Below, piece by piece: positions 1 through 14,036 of a stretch of DNA of 64,000 nt (its first letter is position 1; each line of letters begins with the position of its first letter). The position numbers and the translations under genes are program-made. The stretch comes from Tubulanus polymorphus (lineage: Eukaryota; Animalia; Nemertea): positions 13,080,050-13,144,049 of the forward strand of contig NC_134026.1 of NCBI RefSeq assembly GCF_964204645.1, written 5' to 3'. The notes below the pieces were generated by a model, which saw only the letters and a program-made list of their open reading frames with translations, made no database searches and was not told where the DNA came from.

Positions 1-1639
1 TAGGACTAGTCCAACCCCTAAATCCACTTGCATTCAGTCTCAACGTTAAAACCTTCACCGGCCTCCTACTCAATTTTTTGAATAAATGTAAAACTTATGG
101 CAGAATTTATGGTTGATTCCTTGATTTTTGAATCCCAAAGAATAATTTTTGAATTACGCAGTAGGATGACACTTGAATAGCCGGTATTCAAATTTTCCAA
201 TCAATGTGGGAGGTGTCAAGGTCTATATGCGTTTCACAAACGAACGTCCACTTTTAAAGTTTCTTTCTAGTTGGAGTCTTGCAGCGATTCACCCGTTCCA
301 GAAGAACGTGGGCACTACACTTCTACACTTCACACCGATACAACTCGAGATGGTAGGAGATACAGCTGTCTATACTGTGGTGGTAACCATACCCCCACTC
401 TCAGTGATAAGGTCATGGATGTCCACAAAAGATTTGAAAAGTTTGTGAATCTAATTTGTGTTTTAATAAAGAAGTTTCCAGTTTCTAGGCGCCGCCATTT
501 TGTGGCGGTCCCTCGACATTTAACACATATCCCTCTCTGGTAATCCCTCATTCAGGGATCATACGATGAATTTACTGAATCTCAACCTTCTTGCTGGAAA
601 ACTTCGACCCCTTTTGCGCGTAATCTCAAACTCAAGCAGGTACAGATCAGTCGTCAGGAAAGATATTCAAAAGATTTCAACGCAGGCTTAAACTGCAAAT
701 AACCCACTTTAACCTCTCTGAAAAAAGGAAATATAGCTTCAAGGGATACTTAGATATTTCAAAATTTATAAATATATCGATTTGTTTTACGCACGGTTAA
801 GATATGCGGTCCTTGGTTTCACATCGTCACTGTTCTCAATTGTTGCGTTCAAAGATTCCAAGAATCGCCAGCAAACATCTGCATTTCATTTCCTTTAAAA
901 TGCTGTATAGCTTAAGTTCATCGAGCAAGGGGCTGCAGAACTATATGATATTCAATCTAAACTTATGTTTTAAAAATGAATGCAAATCATTGCAACAATG
1001 GGGACAAATGTATTTTTTGACATTAGCGAGTTTTAACAAGATAACTTGAAAAGTTTTCATCCAATTCGTCTCAAATTTTGCAGGCATACGGCAGGAATGC
1101 GTGTTTAGCCCTATTACTTTTATCCAACTTCATTTGAAGTTGACAAATTTATGCAGCTTCCAAGAATTAATAAATTTTCAAAATATTTAAAAAATCACAA
1201 AATCAAGGATAAAATATTTGAATTTTGGGTTACATCTCCAAAAGTGGTAGGCTCCTGCGCATTAGTATTCTAAACATTATGAAAAAAGCTCCATCTTATT
1301 ATTATGAACCATTCATGAGATATCCTGTAAATAAAAACCCCTAAAAATGGTAAAAATTGGGTTGCCATGTGGCAACGACAAATACTATTTTTTTTCATAA
1401 TTTTTTTTTCAACTGCTTTGGGTATTTTAAGACGAGGGCTTACATGTATTAGAAAAGTATGAGCCTCAATCAAAAAATAAAGAAAACAGTTGAGTTACCT
1501 CGAAGCCCCCTATTAAAGCACTTAACTATAACTTTACTTAACTACTACGTATCCGTTCTAAGGCCACAGCTTTAGCCTTTCTCATTGGCCAATTAATTTG
1601 TTGTTCGTTACAATAATTTGATCTTTCTTGCCTATTATC

Positions 1640-2445
1640 ATCAAACACTCCCAATGGATACAATTTCGATACTGGTCTATTCGTGTAACCGTTTGCCGTT
1701 TTGAGAGAAACTGATCGTACAATGTTATCATTCCCTTCATGAAGTTCAGTAATTTTACCTAATTTCCATTTAAGACTAGGTTTTGATTCTCCTTGCTCTT
1801 TTTCTAATTCAATTTGTTTTAGAATTAGAATATAAATGCGATTCCCTTAAATTCACTAGGTATTCATGTTTCCACCTTGACCAAAATCAGTTTACCAAGA
1901 TGAACAAATCGTCTGATTCAGATTGTGAAGAGTTGGAATCTGGATCAGTTTCCTCCATAGGATATGGCAACTCAGTAACACGTCTACCATATATTAAATG
2001 GGAAAGGGTTAACGCTGTTAGAATTGACATACATCAACGGGCGATCATTTAGTACCGATTCAATTTCTGTAATAATTACACATAACTCATCAAAGGTGAC
2101 AGCTGAATTACCAAGTGTTTTCTTCAGGGCATTCTTTGTTAAACCAATTAACCTTTTGTAGAACCCCCTTCTCAGGGGGCCCGTTTAGTTATAAATTTCC
2201 ATTCAAGGTTGCAATTAGAAATATGATTTTTAACGTTAGGCGACTCAAATAAACTCTTCAATTCAGAATTAGCACCTCAAAAAGTTGAAGCATTATCTGA
2301 AATCAAGAGCCCTGGCAAGGAACGTCTGGCACAAAATTTTGTATAAGCCCGAAGAAGATTCTCAGTAGTATTACTACCAACCAATTCTAAATGTAGGGCA
2401 CGAGTGACGCAACATGTGAACAAAGCAATGTAACATTTCTTGCCA
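1640..2445 (-). pseudogene. BEL/Pao retrotransposon integrase C-terminal relic
   Basis: Minus strand reads KCYIALFTCCVTRALHLELV...RSLPGLLISDNAST, the BEL/Pao integrase core; many stops. Confidence 0.75.
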
Positions 2446-3749
2446 TATTAAGTCAACGAGGTGCCCATGGGCATGGTTAGATTCAGCGCAGATGTTAGTG
2501 AATTGAAGGAGTTAATCATATCCACCATACTAGACCATACATTGGTTTAGTAAGGTGCTCTATCAGCTTATACTTGACACAAAAGAAGGTGCATGTTATA
2601 AAAGTATAAGGTAATTAAATTTTAAATGACAAACAGTTGTTTATACAAGGAAAGAAGGTAAATACATAACACATTTAAAGTAGGCCTAAAATATATTGAA
2701 ATGAAATACGTACATAAAAATCATTATAGATTATAAGCCTCCTAATGAATTATAAGGTTTCGTTAAATCAAAAGAATCTCAGATGTCACATTTATATTTT
2801 AGTTGCTGAAGCTGAAATCAAATCTAGCTGTATCGGGAGAGGAGGTATTCTTTAACGAACTCTGTCCGGATTTTCAGGATTCAAAGCAAAGACCTAAGGC
2901 TAAAAATTGATACCTTGTCCCTCCACTCATTGCTGATCTTAAAAGTTGACACAGCTGGCCACCCATCTAACCTGTACATTTCATTTTAAACCATGAACTG
3001 ATAAATATTATAACATTTTACAACTAAACAGATTATTTCTGTGTGTTCGGGTAAGTAACAAGTTCAACATTCTAATAAATTGTTTATCTTATCTCACACC
3101 AGTGGGACATGAGCTGTGTACGTGTGAGCGGTATCTATTCGCCGGATAGAGACGACAGTCGACGTTCCCTCGTAGTATCATTCTACAGGAGATGCACCGT
3201 AAACAACGCCATATGAGTAAGCGCGCGAATCGCGACTACCCTACTAAAGTCTGTGTCAGCCCAGTTTGCCACGGCATTTGTTAGGCAAAGGATATCAAAT
3301 GTACACATTTTAATTGGTACTGACAGCTGAAGTGGTTGGACCTCGCGCAAAGATTCAATGAGTCAGCAAAATCAGCGGACTGTTGCTATAGTAACGGCAA
3401 AGAGTGGGTAACAGGAGCAAGTCTCCAAACGAATCCAGTTATGCTTTACTACCTTGTTGCATGTCAGCTATATTTTAGAATGACTTTATGAATTTTTAAT
3501 TCTTGGAGTATCCAAGAGTGCATAACTTTTATACACAGTTTTCATGTTTGTTTTGAAGTTGTCAGGAGTGTTTTGATGGACCAATTTCCTGGAATCTGTT
3601 AAGATTTAGAACATACAACACAGCTGGAGAGGCAAATAAATGAGTAAAATATAAAAATATCACTCCTGGAGACACACGATATTTGTTATTTATTCAATAC
3701 AAATAAATTAATCCACCAGAGATCCAATTCCAAGCGCATTGATGTCATA

Positions 3750-4450
3750 ATCATAGTCCATCTCCCAGGATTCACCCTAATCACTGTCGTATGATTTCGA
3801 TTGATCTGAGTAATCACTATCGTCTCCAAGGTTGATAACAATTTGTTCGATGACATAGTCCATGATGCCCTCTATCTCGATCATTTTATCCTCCACTTTT
3901 ATGACATGGGCTATATAGTTATTCCAATGATCGGCGGTGACACGAGGCGTGGCATCAATTAAAAGTAAGTTTACATCATCCAGCTTAAAGGTTTTATTGT
4001 TCGCAGCTGCGTATCCTTTGATGTTGGCCCATACATCTCAATCGGATTCAGTTCACAATGGTATGGGGGCAACCTCAAAACTGAATGGCCATTTTCTTCC
4101 GCCAAAACATCCACTTTGTACGAAAGATAACGCGGTTTGTGCTGAAGAATTAAACTATATAGCACCGGTTTCGGCATGTCAGGTGACCAAAATATGCTTT
4201 TCTGGCTCAACCAGACCTGCATATCCTATTTCAGTGAATTTGAAGTTGGAATGCTTTCCATTCTCACGGAGTGGTAACTCGCATTGTCCATGAAGATCAC
4301 TGAATTAGGTGGCAACTTAGTTAAAAGTGTCTCTTTGAACGACTTTTCAAAGTTTTCTGCGTTAATATCATCGTGGTAATCGGCATTTTTCCCTCCTGAT
4401 TAAAAAACGAGTTCGCCACCTTCCAAAAGGGTTAGTTCTAAACCCGGCAT
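3750..4450 (-). pseudogene. Tc1/IS630-like DDE transposase relic
   Basis: ORF 3971-4222 contains GHSVLRLPPYHCELNPIE, the typical motif around the catalytic Glu; degraded. Confidence 0.75.
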
Positions 4451-7224
4451 GTCATGGCATTTGGCATATGGCATGGCATTTGGAATTTTTTCTTTGTTTT
4501 TCAGAATCAACTTATTATACAGAGTTATAGATAACCAGTGTATTGATAAGTTAGATAACCATTTCGAAAATGAAATAAAGAATTTGAATTGAATTGAATC
4601 AGAGGCGCCACAACTACAGGTGGCGCTACAAGACGAATTCTCTAGTTTGCCTGGCCACGTGCTTCATCAACGACATTGTCGGTTGTAGACTACAAAAACT
4701 TGATAATATCATGGTAAGTGTACGACCGGCGTGGGCATAAGTAGCTTGGATTTATCACATCCCCCGTCACAGTCCAGGCCCTTTCTTGAGATTAGAAGTA
4801 AATCCAAAAACATGCAACCCCCCAAAAAACTAGCCTGCTGGGTGCTGTGCTGAGCCCTGGCCAGTGGCAGAGCCTTGTAAGTGTAGCTATGTCTGGACCT
4901 GGCTTTGCAAGGCCTCAATTTAAAATAGACTGAATTATCAAAGAAATTAAATTGATTTAAGATTTAAACCTACATACAGGTCCAGCCCGGTTTCACAAAA
5001 AAGTTGAACTCTTAAATCGATTTAATTTCTTTTTTGATAATTCAGTTTATCTTAAATCGATTTAAGCCTTCCTTTCGTGAAACTGTGTGAGAGGGCATTA
5101 GAGAATGAAGTGAGAAATTATAAATCATTCACACTCCTTGCCCTTAGGCTATAATTCTTCGAATTGCTGGTTACTTTCACTTGCAGATTTTTCATAAACC
5201 ACAAACCCATCAAACCACATTGATTTACATTAGAAAACCTATGATTAGGAAACAAACTAGGCGTATGATCGAACAAAAATGTTGAAGGAGTCTTTGTTGA
5301 TTAAGCATGCCTGCCTTGTTGTTAGGACAGGCTTAGCGTATCAAAGGCCTAAAGAATGCTCTAAATTAAGGCCTCTTCATAAGTTGCACTCGGACAAACA
5401 ATTTTCAAATTTCTCACTTCCAGCTTTTTTCTTCACAATTTAAGTGAATAAATATGAAGAAATTCCAACTACAAAAATGGAGAAACAAAGAAGATGAGAG
5501 GTATCTTCCAAATTCCATGATCTAAATGAAATATTTCAAGCTTACCGGTACCCCTCTGTAGTTCAGTAGGCATTAGGCCTATTGAAATGTAACTCAACTC
5601 AAGTAAACCTAGTTTAAACTCAATAAATTAATTAAGGTTCATTGGCTTTGATGAATTATTAAAGCTAGTTATAATTACCATAATTGTATTGAATTCGCTT
5701 AGCTTTTCTGCTAACTTTTACAGGAATATGGAGGGTGACAGCTATCAAACTGTTGATCATGTGAGTATAGATTGCTTTCTGATTTTCTTTCCCCCTTCCC
5801 CATAGATCCCCTCACTAAAACTGAATTGAGGCAACAACAACTGTACATACCAGTCTCAGATACACAATTCTCTGCCAACTTTCCAATTTAAAGACTCTCA
5901 CTGACTTTCCCGGCATAAAAAAGGAATTTAAGACCGCTAAGGTATTAACCCTTGGTGCAAGGTGCCCATTCAAGCCAAGTGATGTAGTCATCCGTACACT
6001 AATTCACTTTGTAAAATAGATTTATCTGAACGAATTAGCGTATTTAACCCCATTTATCAGATCTTGCGTTATTTAAATGACTGAAAAATTGGTGCGCTTT
6101 GGTTCTCGGTAAACACGTCCTTAATAGCTCTCTCACTCGTTGAGAGCTAAAAATATGCAGGATATCGAATCGTTTTCGTGAAAATCTAGTGAGAATCATG
6201 CGTTCGAAAACTAGAAATGCTTGACAGAGTTCCGTGTTGATACGTGAAAACACCTGTTTCTACAATTGTTGGAACAAGTGAAATTTCCGTGTTTTGTTGT
6301 TCTGTTTTCAGCGTGTTGAGGACAAAGTAAAAACTCAGAAAAACACGTTTAAAACCACCTAAAATACCAAACGTTTTTTAGCTAATTTTTACTTTTTCGA
6401 GCTAATCTCTTTCAATTTCAGAAGTTCTAAGTCTATTTAGGGGATGAAGACAGAGGTCCAGACTAATCATTACTATAGGTCCAGGGATAATAATCACTTG
6501 AGCGTATCATTAGTCTCAATGATCATTAACTAATCCTTATATTGTAGTCCACACAATCATTATTCAATCAATCTTCGCCTTTGCAGCGATTCTCAATAGA
6601 AATGATACTTACATAAGTGCATAAGTGTAAGGATACTTCAAACGAAGCATTTCAGTTACACGACCATTCTTTAGTTCCTGTTCAATTCTTCTGGTCAGTT
6701 TTGGACTAACTGGACGATAGTTTAATCGCCGAAGATATGTTGGATCTTGAGTTTTCAGTGTTAATGGTGGGATGTAAATATCTAATTCCGAACCTTGAAA
6801 GAGAATTTTTTTTGTATAAGATTCATATTTTCTACCAAGTACTCACCTCTAATATGCTTTCAGCGGAAGACCTAATCCACCAGATACTTGATCATACATT
6901 TTTTCTAAACAGCCATAAACTGTGAGCTAGGCCCGGCGTTCTTGTATTATTTGATTCTGAAGCACATGATGAAGTTTTCTGCGTTTTGACGTTGTTACAG
7001 TTGACGAGATCGTACTTTTTTGTTTTTCACGTTTCTTACAAGGAACTATATTAGCGTTGCGCACTTGGCGAGGCATTCTCAATCAATGATCTTGAAGCGA
7101 GCGCGACAGTGGCGGCGCGAACCGAATACGGACCGGAGCAAATTCAATTATATTTTATTTTGTGAACCGATCGGGCGGCACCCACAGACATTTTTGAACT
7201 AATTGTTTGCTCGAACTACTGATA

Positions 7225-7607
7225 TCTTGGCCGAGTGTGACTGCAGAATTTAATAAGTCACTCGGCAGAGTAGATTGGTGAATTCTATCGTTTACTCGGC
7301 CGAGTAAAGAACTTAACTTTTACTGAGCTCGGCCGAGTGGATTGTCGAATTCGAACAATCACTCGGCCGAGTAAACAACTTTCTGACATAATGCTCGGCC
7401 GAGCAAATGCCCGAGTAACTTGGATAAATTCAAGAATAGGGGACTAGTGGTTAGGTTTGGGGTTAGGGTTAGGTTTAGTTCCCTAATCTTCATTAATTAC
7501 TATATATATTACTATCATTATATATCATCATTATCAATTACTATTATTATCACTAATTTGATTACTATCACTACATGTATAGTGCTATAGTCCCCTATTC
7601 TTGAATC
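7225..7607. repeat. Array of palindromic (A)CTCGGCCGAG(T) units followed by an inverted repeat enclosing a GGTTAG-rich tract
   Basis: About 6-7 copies of ctcggccgag at 7225-7415; attcaagaataggggacta (~7428-7446) and its inverse tagtcccctattcttgaat (~7588-7607). Confidence 0.7.
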
Positions 7608-8299
7608 GCTCCGTAACTTGTCAATTGGGACCGTATTTTATAGCTCATTCAATAGGAAAATCCCTACCATTCCTGTCCATATTACGTTGATTTGAGCCAG
7701 AAATCTTCACGAAATGTAGCCAACGTAAATTTATTCACTAATAGAATTAATCAATATACTCATTTTAGGGATCATAGTTCATTAAAGTCCTAAAACTCGC
7801 CATAAATTTGTGATAAATTTAAGCTGAAAATGATTTCAACCATCCACCATGTTGGCTGCATATTGTTCGCAGTAAATGACGGATCCTAGACTGGTTACCG
7901 GTCTCTATCTTCAATTAGAGACCGGTTGTGCCCATCCTCCATTTTACATTTTCGATGCATGTCAAATAAGGTCAAACATGTAAAGTAGAAAGTTACTTCC
8001 TGGTTAAGATGGCGTCATTTTGAATCTGCTTAGCTTCGAGCGATATCAAAATTGCCCTTTACAATGGATGGAAAGACATTAATTGCTGTAACTATCTGAT
8101 AAATCCGCTGATAATTTACCTGGTACTCGGAATACAAACTAACAAGGATTGAAATCTAATGCGAGGTGAGCTCTGCCGCGACCGTCACTGACTACAGAAC
8201 ATTCTGAAGGAACAGGGGACATCCTTTCTATATCTACCTTTCTATATCTATCGTTCGTGAGATGTATTTAGTGAATTGATGTTTTAATATAGTGTTGTA

Positions 8300-8900
8300 A
8301 AATGACTATATTTAGTATCTGAATAAGTTTACAATTGTTGAAGTCCTTAGTGCTTTGTGAGATCAGCTATTTGGATCCACCTCAGCCAACTGATTTCTTG
8401 ATACAGACAGCAAGTTGGGACAGTCAAATTAAGAGACTTGGTCAAGACATGTTAATCAGACCACACTGGAAATTTGCAATATCCTCTCTCCTCATGGACC
8501 ACACAATGTCAATGTTGACTTTGCTAGAAATCGATTACAAAATTCATCACGACCAATTCTTCTTCACTGAATTCAATATCTATTTTTCACTTCTGGTACA
8601 AAATCTTGTTCAGCCCCTGATAAGCAATGACACTACGTATTTCATGACATAGAACAGCATTTCTTTTTTTCATCGACAAATTGGGCCGATCCTGATATCC
8701 CTGATTTGAATGATAGTGTCTTTAGAATCATAAAGACCATGTCTTGACCAGACAGATAATCCAATCACAATTCAAATTGAAGGCTCGCTAGTGCAGTTAT
8801 TCACTCTTGCTCTTTAAACCTCATCAGTTTATCAGATTGTGAGCAGTGGAGAAATAAAGTACACAACATCTTGGCGCAGTGGCGCTTGCTGATGTAACTG
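8300..8900 (-). pseudogene. Possible highly decayed LTR-retrotransposon (BEL-like) integrase 3' remnant
   Basis: Coding-like minus-strand stretch with weak resemblance to an integrase C-terminus; no clean motif. Confidence 0.25.
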
Positions 8901-9799
8901 ATGATGATGGTGAGTTTATCAGAATCAAGGAATTTCACCGCCTGTTATTTGGAATCTCATTTCATGACAGCTAGTGCTGATTCTTTATTCTCTTTGATTA
9001 CTCCATGATGTTATCATTCTGAAATTAAAATATATATCACACTTACAATTAAACCTGGATTGAATTTACAATTAATGGTTCAGAATCCATTTTTCATACT
9101 TACCTTGATGCATTGCAATCTATTCTTTTCATGTTGAGCTAATTTGATACGCATTATTTCAATTTCTTAAAACATCCTCCGAGTTGTGACTCACATAATC
9201 ATCACTAATACCCAATGAATACCCATATTTTCGGTACCACACGCTTAACAAGTGCCTGCAGAAGCGTAACCTAGCAGTTTTAATGGAATTTCCTTCTTCA
9301 TTGATATGAAAAATGACTTTAAAGAGGTCCATGGAACGTAAATCGAGACACTGTGTAGGCGGCCATGTTACATTGTTCACGTGATGAAATACTAAAATCT
9401 GATTGGATCCGTAAATTCCGCGGAAGATAGCGGACAGGCAAAACCTGTCCCATATCGAATGGGACAGGCGGCTAGTCTATGACGGATCCGGACTAATAGT
9501 AAGTCTGAATTCGCGATTTACGGTTGAGTTTGACGCCCGAGGTCGTCCGGTAATTTGTAGGCTTTTCGGGATGTACTTTTATCAATGGATGACAATGCTT
9601 TGTGTTATTCTAGTCGCTGTTTAGACCCGGTAATTATGCGGGATTAATTCATAATAGATTACTATACGCAAATTCAAAACGGTCAGGCGCTGAGTTATAT
9701 TTCTGACAGAATTTAAAATTACGTTTATAAGCTGTTGGTAGTCGAATCTGAGAGGAGTTACATTTTATGAAAAATTTTTGGCTGGAAAGTGGACAATTT

Positions 9800-10015
9800 A
9801 TAATAATAATAATAATAATAATCAACAGAAATACAAGAGGGTTTCTGCGAAAGCAGCAGAAACCCTAATAATCAGTACAATTACTATAGGGTTTCTGCAA
9901 AGGCAGCAGAAACCCTAATAATAATAATAATCGGCACAATTACAATAGGGTTTCTGCGAAAGCAGCAGAAATCCTAATAATAATCATCATCAACAGAATA
10001 ACAATAGGGTTTCTA
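9800..10015 (+). repeat. AAT microsatellite plus tandem ~50-55 bp units carrying the hairpin AGGGTTTCTGC..GCAGAAACCCT
   Basis: Three full hairpin units and a fourth partial unit, read directly. Confidence 0.85.
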
Positions 10016-10604
10016 ATGTGAAGCGTCGGGGGCCCGGCTTCTACTACACATTTCGATCCATTTTACTAGCATTGGTATGACATCACAGAGGTCAACCAAT
10101 GTAAACACATAGATATATAAGATATAGATAAGCAAACTATGAGAAAAATGAATGGCTAGGAAACATAGTAATACATCTCATCGATATGTGAATAGTACTT
10201 TGTAATCAATCAAGGTTTAGCCAAGATTATTTTAGGAGTTTTCCATTTTAGGAGTCAGTTCAAAGAATTATCATTGGTGGTTAGACGATGCAAAATAAGT
10301 CAACCAAGTGATAACCACTGGGAAACTCGAGTAAAGCGCAAAAAGATTTATTAAATAAATCAAATGTTGCTACGTGAAATGATTGATAATCAATGATCAG
10401 TGTTGTGACGATAATATAACGAGATTCCACGATAATGATGAAAAAGTCCGAAAATGTTTCCTTGAGCTGTAGAGGTTTATTCCAAAGTTTCAACTCTATA
10501 CTATTAGCCATATTCAGCAATAATGAGTTACATCAGAAAATCATAAAATATCGACCCAGAAGGTGTGATCAGTCATGAAATGTATCTACCAAATGTTTCT
10601 TTAA

Positions 10605-11930
10605 CCCTTACAATACCACTACCGTATGGCATATGGTACAAACTGAAGCTAGCATACCCGCACCGTGATACGGTATCGCTTAACCCTTCTTCTAGAAAGG
10701 CATATCTATCAGTATCAGCTGTTGCTGCCATCTGCATAAAATCCAATATGGCAACAGCCAGGAAAATACAATTTGGCTGGATGAAACGGTTCAGCAGCTC
10801 GTATAAGATGCTGACAGTGATGCTGGTGACCTGGAATTTGGTAGTGAACAAATTGAGAGTGACAACGAATATGACAGCAGCAGTTCAGATGATGAGACTT
10901 AGTCAGAAAATAGGTTTATAGTGCCGGCAATGATTTTGATGATGAAAATGAAATCAGTGACAATTTTTTAGACCCTGTTGATACGATTGTCATGGCAACA
11001 GACACCAATAACAATTATGAAGAACAAGAAACCGTCCCTCCTCAAGGTCACATATATCCAAATTATTTGTCTTATTTGTAAGCCCAAAGGTTATCAACAC
11101 CATGGTTTACAATGTATCAGTGTCAAATACATAGGTATCAATTTTCTGAGGCCTGAAATTATACCCCAATGAAACCCCTTACATCCTGCCTTCCGTCATA
11201 TCGGTGGAAAAGGGGTAAATCAGTGGAAAAATAAATCTTTTAGTTGTGCTATTGCTTTGAAATTTTTACTACATAAAGTAAGGATATATGGCATACAATT
11301 TCAGTTGGAATTGAAAAGATCAGTGCATTTTGCTGGGAGACAGAGCAGTTTATCTGAAACTTTTTAGTGAATTTTTTTCATGGCGGCCATCTTGGAGTAT
11401 GTGACCTTGACCTCAAGTTCACTTATACCCACATTATTTATGTCTACTTTGTTGGCCCAAAAGTTATCAACAACATGCTATATAATTTTTCTGTGTCAGA
11501 TACCTTGGTAATTTGGTTTCCATAGACAAGTGGCAGTCCAATATCAATAGTCGACAAAAACCCACGATAAAAAATAAAAAAAAATAAATATGAGTCAGCT
11601 TTTATTCTAAAAAACTCTGACTTCAAAGACAATTCCAATTTAGGTTTCTGCCCCCCAAAATAAACTCCTTAGTCTCTATATACTAACAGCTATAGGGATC
11701 ACTTAGTTACCTTGTTGCTAAATTTTATATTGTTATAACTGTACAATAAATCAGTTTTTGAAAATGGCTCATAGATTAGAGTCGAAACGTCAAACTACCA
11801 GATAGTTTTTCTTTTTATTGTGGGTTTTTGTCGACCTTGGTACTTATTCCATGAAGCCTCAAATATACCCCTATAAACCCCTAAATTTCCTCCGGTACAG
11901 CAGCGGAGACACTATGTGGTATTGAAAGGG
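10605..11930 (+). mobile_element. Internally deleted piggyBac element
   Basis: TTAA on both sides (10601-04, 11931-34); TIR CCCTTACAATACCAC / GTGGTATTGAAAGGG; remnant acidic N-terminus (DADSDAGDLEFGSEQIESDNEYDSSSSDDE) after ATG ~10748. Confidence 0.8.
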
Positions 11931-13211
11931 TTAAAGCTGTTCATATCCTAAAATAAAGAAAAATCTAATATCAATATTATGAGCAGAATGTCAAAGGTCG
12001 GCAGAAATTGCTTGAGACGTTGTTGAATAAAATGTGGAGACTATTGAATTATTCCATCCACTAGCTGGCTTAAGTTAAAAATACTCAATCAAAAGTCAAA
12101 GGAATCTCTGTTACGCCTATTCAAATACATGTATGTATTAAGATATTTTTTTTCTTGTTTGTCTGCTTGCATTGCGGACGTATACGTCTAATCACACAAT
12201 TTAGAGGCATTCATGAGGATTAAACTATACACACCAATCGCTGACACTCACCTTAGACCATACAGATACAATAACGAAGAGTAATGCACGTCACTAACGA
12301 TCGACGCAGTACAACATGGCGCGGCTTACTTGTCATTAAGAAACTTCTTTTGTACATTTATTCAACAGAATGATAGATTTTAACTGGTATCATTGATGTA
12401 TATAGCTGATGAATTGCAGAACTATTCAACCGAATCACAACTTAATGTTTTGTTTTCTCCGATGCCATTTTGAACGAACCTCTTTCGTCGATACGATAAC
12501 TATGGTTCGAAGTTGTTTTACAACTTCAAACCAAAAACTAGAAAATCAGGTGGTATTAACATAAAAGGTTCCCCGACCTTTTTGCCACGTATGAGAAGCT
12601 GGCTCATCATAAATATGTCGCTTAATGTAAGTATTGATACAATACTCATTGCTTATCGTTATTACCTACGACCGCATAGCAGACAACTCAGTTGAGATTC
12701 TTTCTGAAAGACACTTTTGCCAGTTGGTTTGAGTCATTGGACATTTGGTGATGGGCACAGGATGGGCATTATGCAGACTCAATTTGGTTATGGTAGGAAT
12801 TTATGAATTATATCTCCAACTATATTTGTAGACAAAACATCATAATCAAAAACGGCCAATTAAAAGGAAATGATTTTTGGAATGTTTTATTTGTTTTGAT
12901 ATTTTGGCTTGAGGGCCCAGCACACAAGTCCAATTACATTTGCAGTGAAAAGGGTTGCTTAATAATGACGATAATATATTAAATTCTGTTGATTTGAATT
13001 TTTCTTAAATTCAGTTTTTAAATGTTTAGTATTTACACATTTTCTTTTTGATATAGAACTTACCATCTGAAATATTTACTATTTTTGGTTGAAAATCTTC
13101 TGTTGTTTTACGAAAAACCTATAAATATAAATAGACCTACTTGAAAAACATTGTTGAATAGGTAACAATTACTTCAGAGCTGTCTTTATACAAGGACAAA
13201 ATTAGGGAAAC

Positions 13212-13492
13212 AAACAAGAGGCCCATGGGCCTCGAAGCATTGGTAGATTATATTGTGGTAAGGTATTAAGTGGTAAATGTATTATTACATCTGCCGGCAA
13301 ATGTTCTATGACGATGTTGATTGGGAGGACCTAACTTAAGGTCAATTTGAGTTTTTGTTGATACTGAAAATGAATTTCATTTTTCTGCCGAACAATGTAG
13401 CCTAGGCTATTTGTATTGTTAAACCTCATTAATGCTATTCTGTGAAAAAGACAAAACTAGTTTATTCTGATGTTTTCCATCATGCCCCAGCT
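13212..13492 (+). repeat. Dispersed repeat starting AACAAGAGGCCCATGGGCC (Helentron-associated non-autonomous type); second copy at 60956-61197
   Basis: Direct similarity between the two loci over ~250 bp; palindromic GGCCCATGGGCC terminus. Confidence 0.65.
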
Positions 13493-14036
13493 AAAAAATT
13501 AGCATCAATCAAGATTTGGATACAAAAACCCATCTAAAACAACATTTTGGCACTTTCGTCTGTACAGCCTGCAGTTTTCCCATGTCCCTGAGAAAATTGT
13601 TGCTAGGTATGAGAATTGAACATAAGCTCAATGATAATTCTAGACATTGTGTCAATAGATAGGTAGGCTAATATTCCTCAGTGCCGTATGTAGATTATAA
13701 ATACCCGTAAATTTTTTCACTATCATGCATGATTTTTAACCAATTTTTTAGTCAAAATCTCGAACTGTCAGCAAATAAACTAAGATATTGTATCAATTGT
13801 GGCATTTATTATCATAGTTCCACTAGCTTCATGCACACCATTAAGCAGAGTTTTGATTAAAATATTTTTCAATTTATTAATTAATTCTTGGTTGAAATTT
13901 TAATGGAATCAATGACCCTTTGAATCATATACCACTGTAAATTTGTCATAAACTGCATACCAAGTCCTCTGAAAATATAAAACAGATATCTCATAAAGTT
14001 ATGATAATAAGACTAAGAATTGCCTTTCATTCACAG

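Noticed and set aside
1-700. LINE ORF2 C-terminal relic on the minus strand
   Set aside because: Only a weak SVAHVLLE resemblance to the zinc knuckle; not enough to call.
5945-6480. piggyBac-like element starting TTAACCCTTGG
   Set aside because: No matching right TIR found.
7225-7415. CRISPR-like array
   Set aside because: Repeats are only ~12 bp, spacers are similar to each other, there are no cas genes and the context is eukaryotic.
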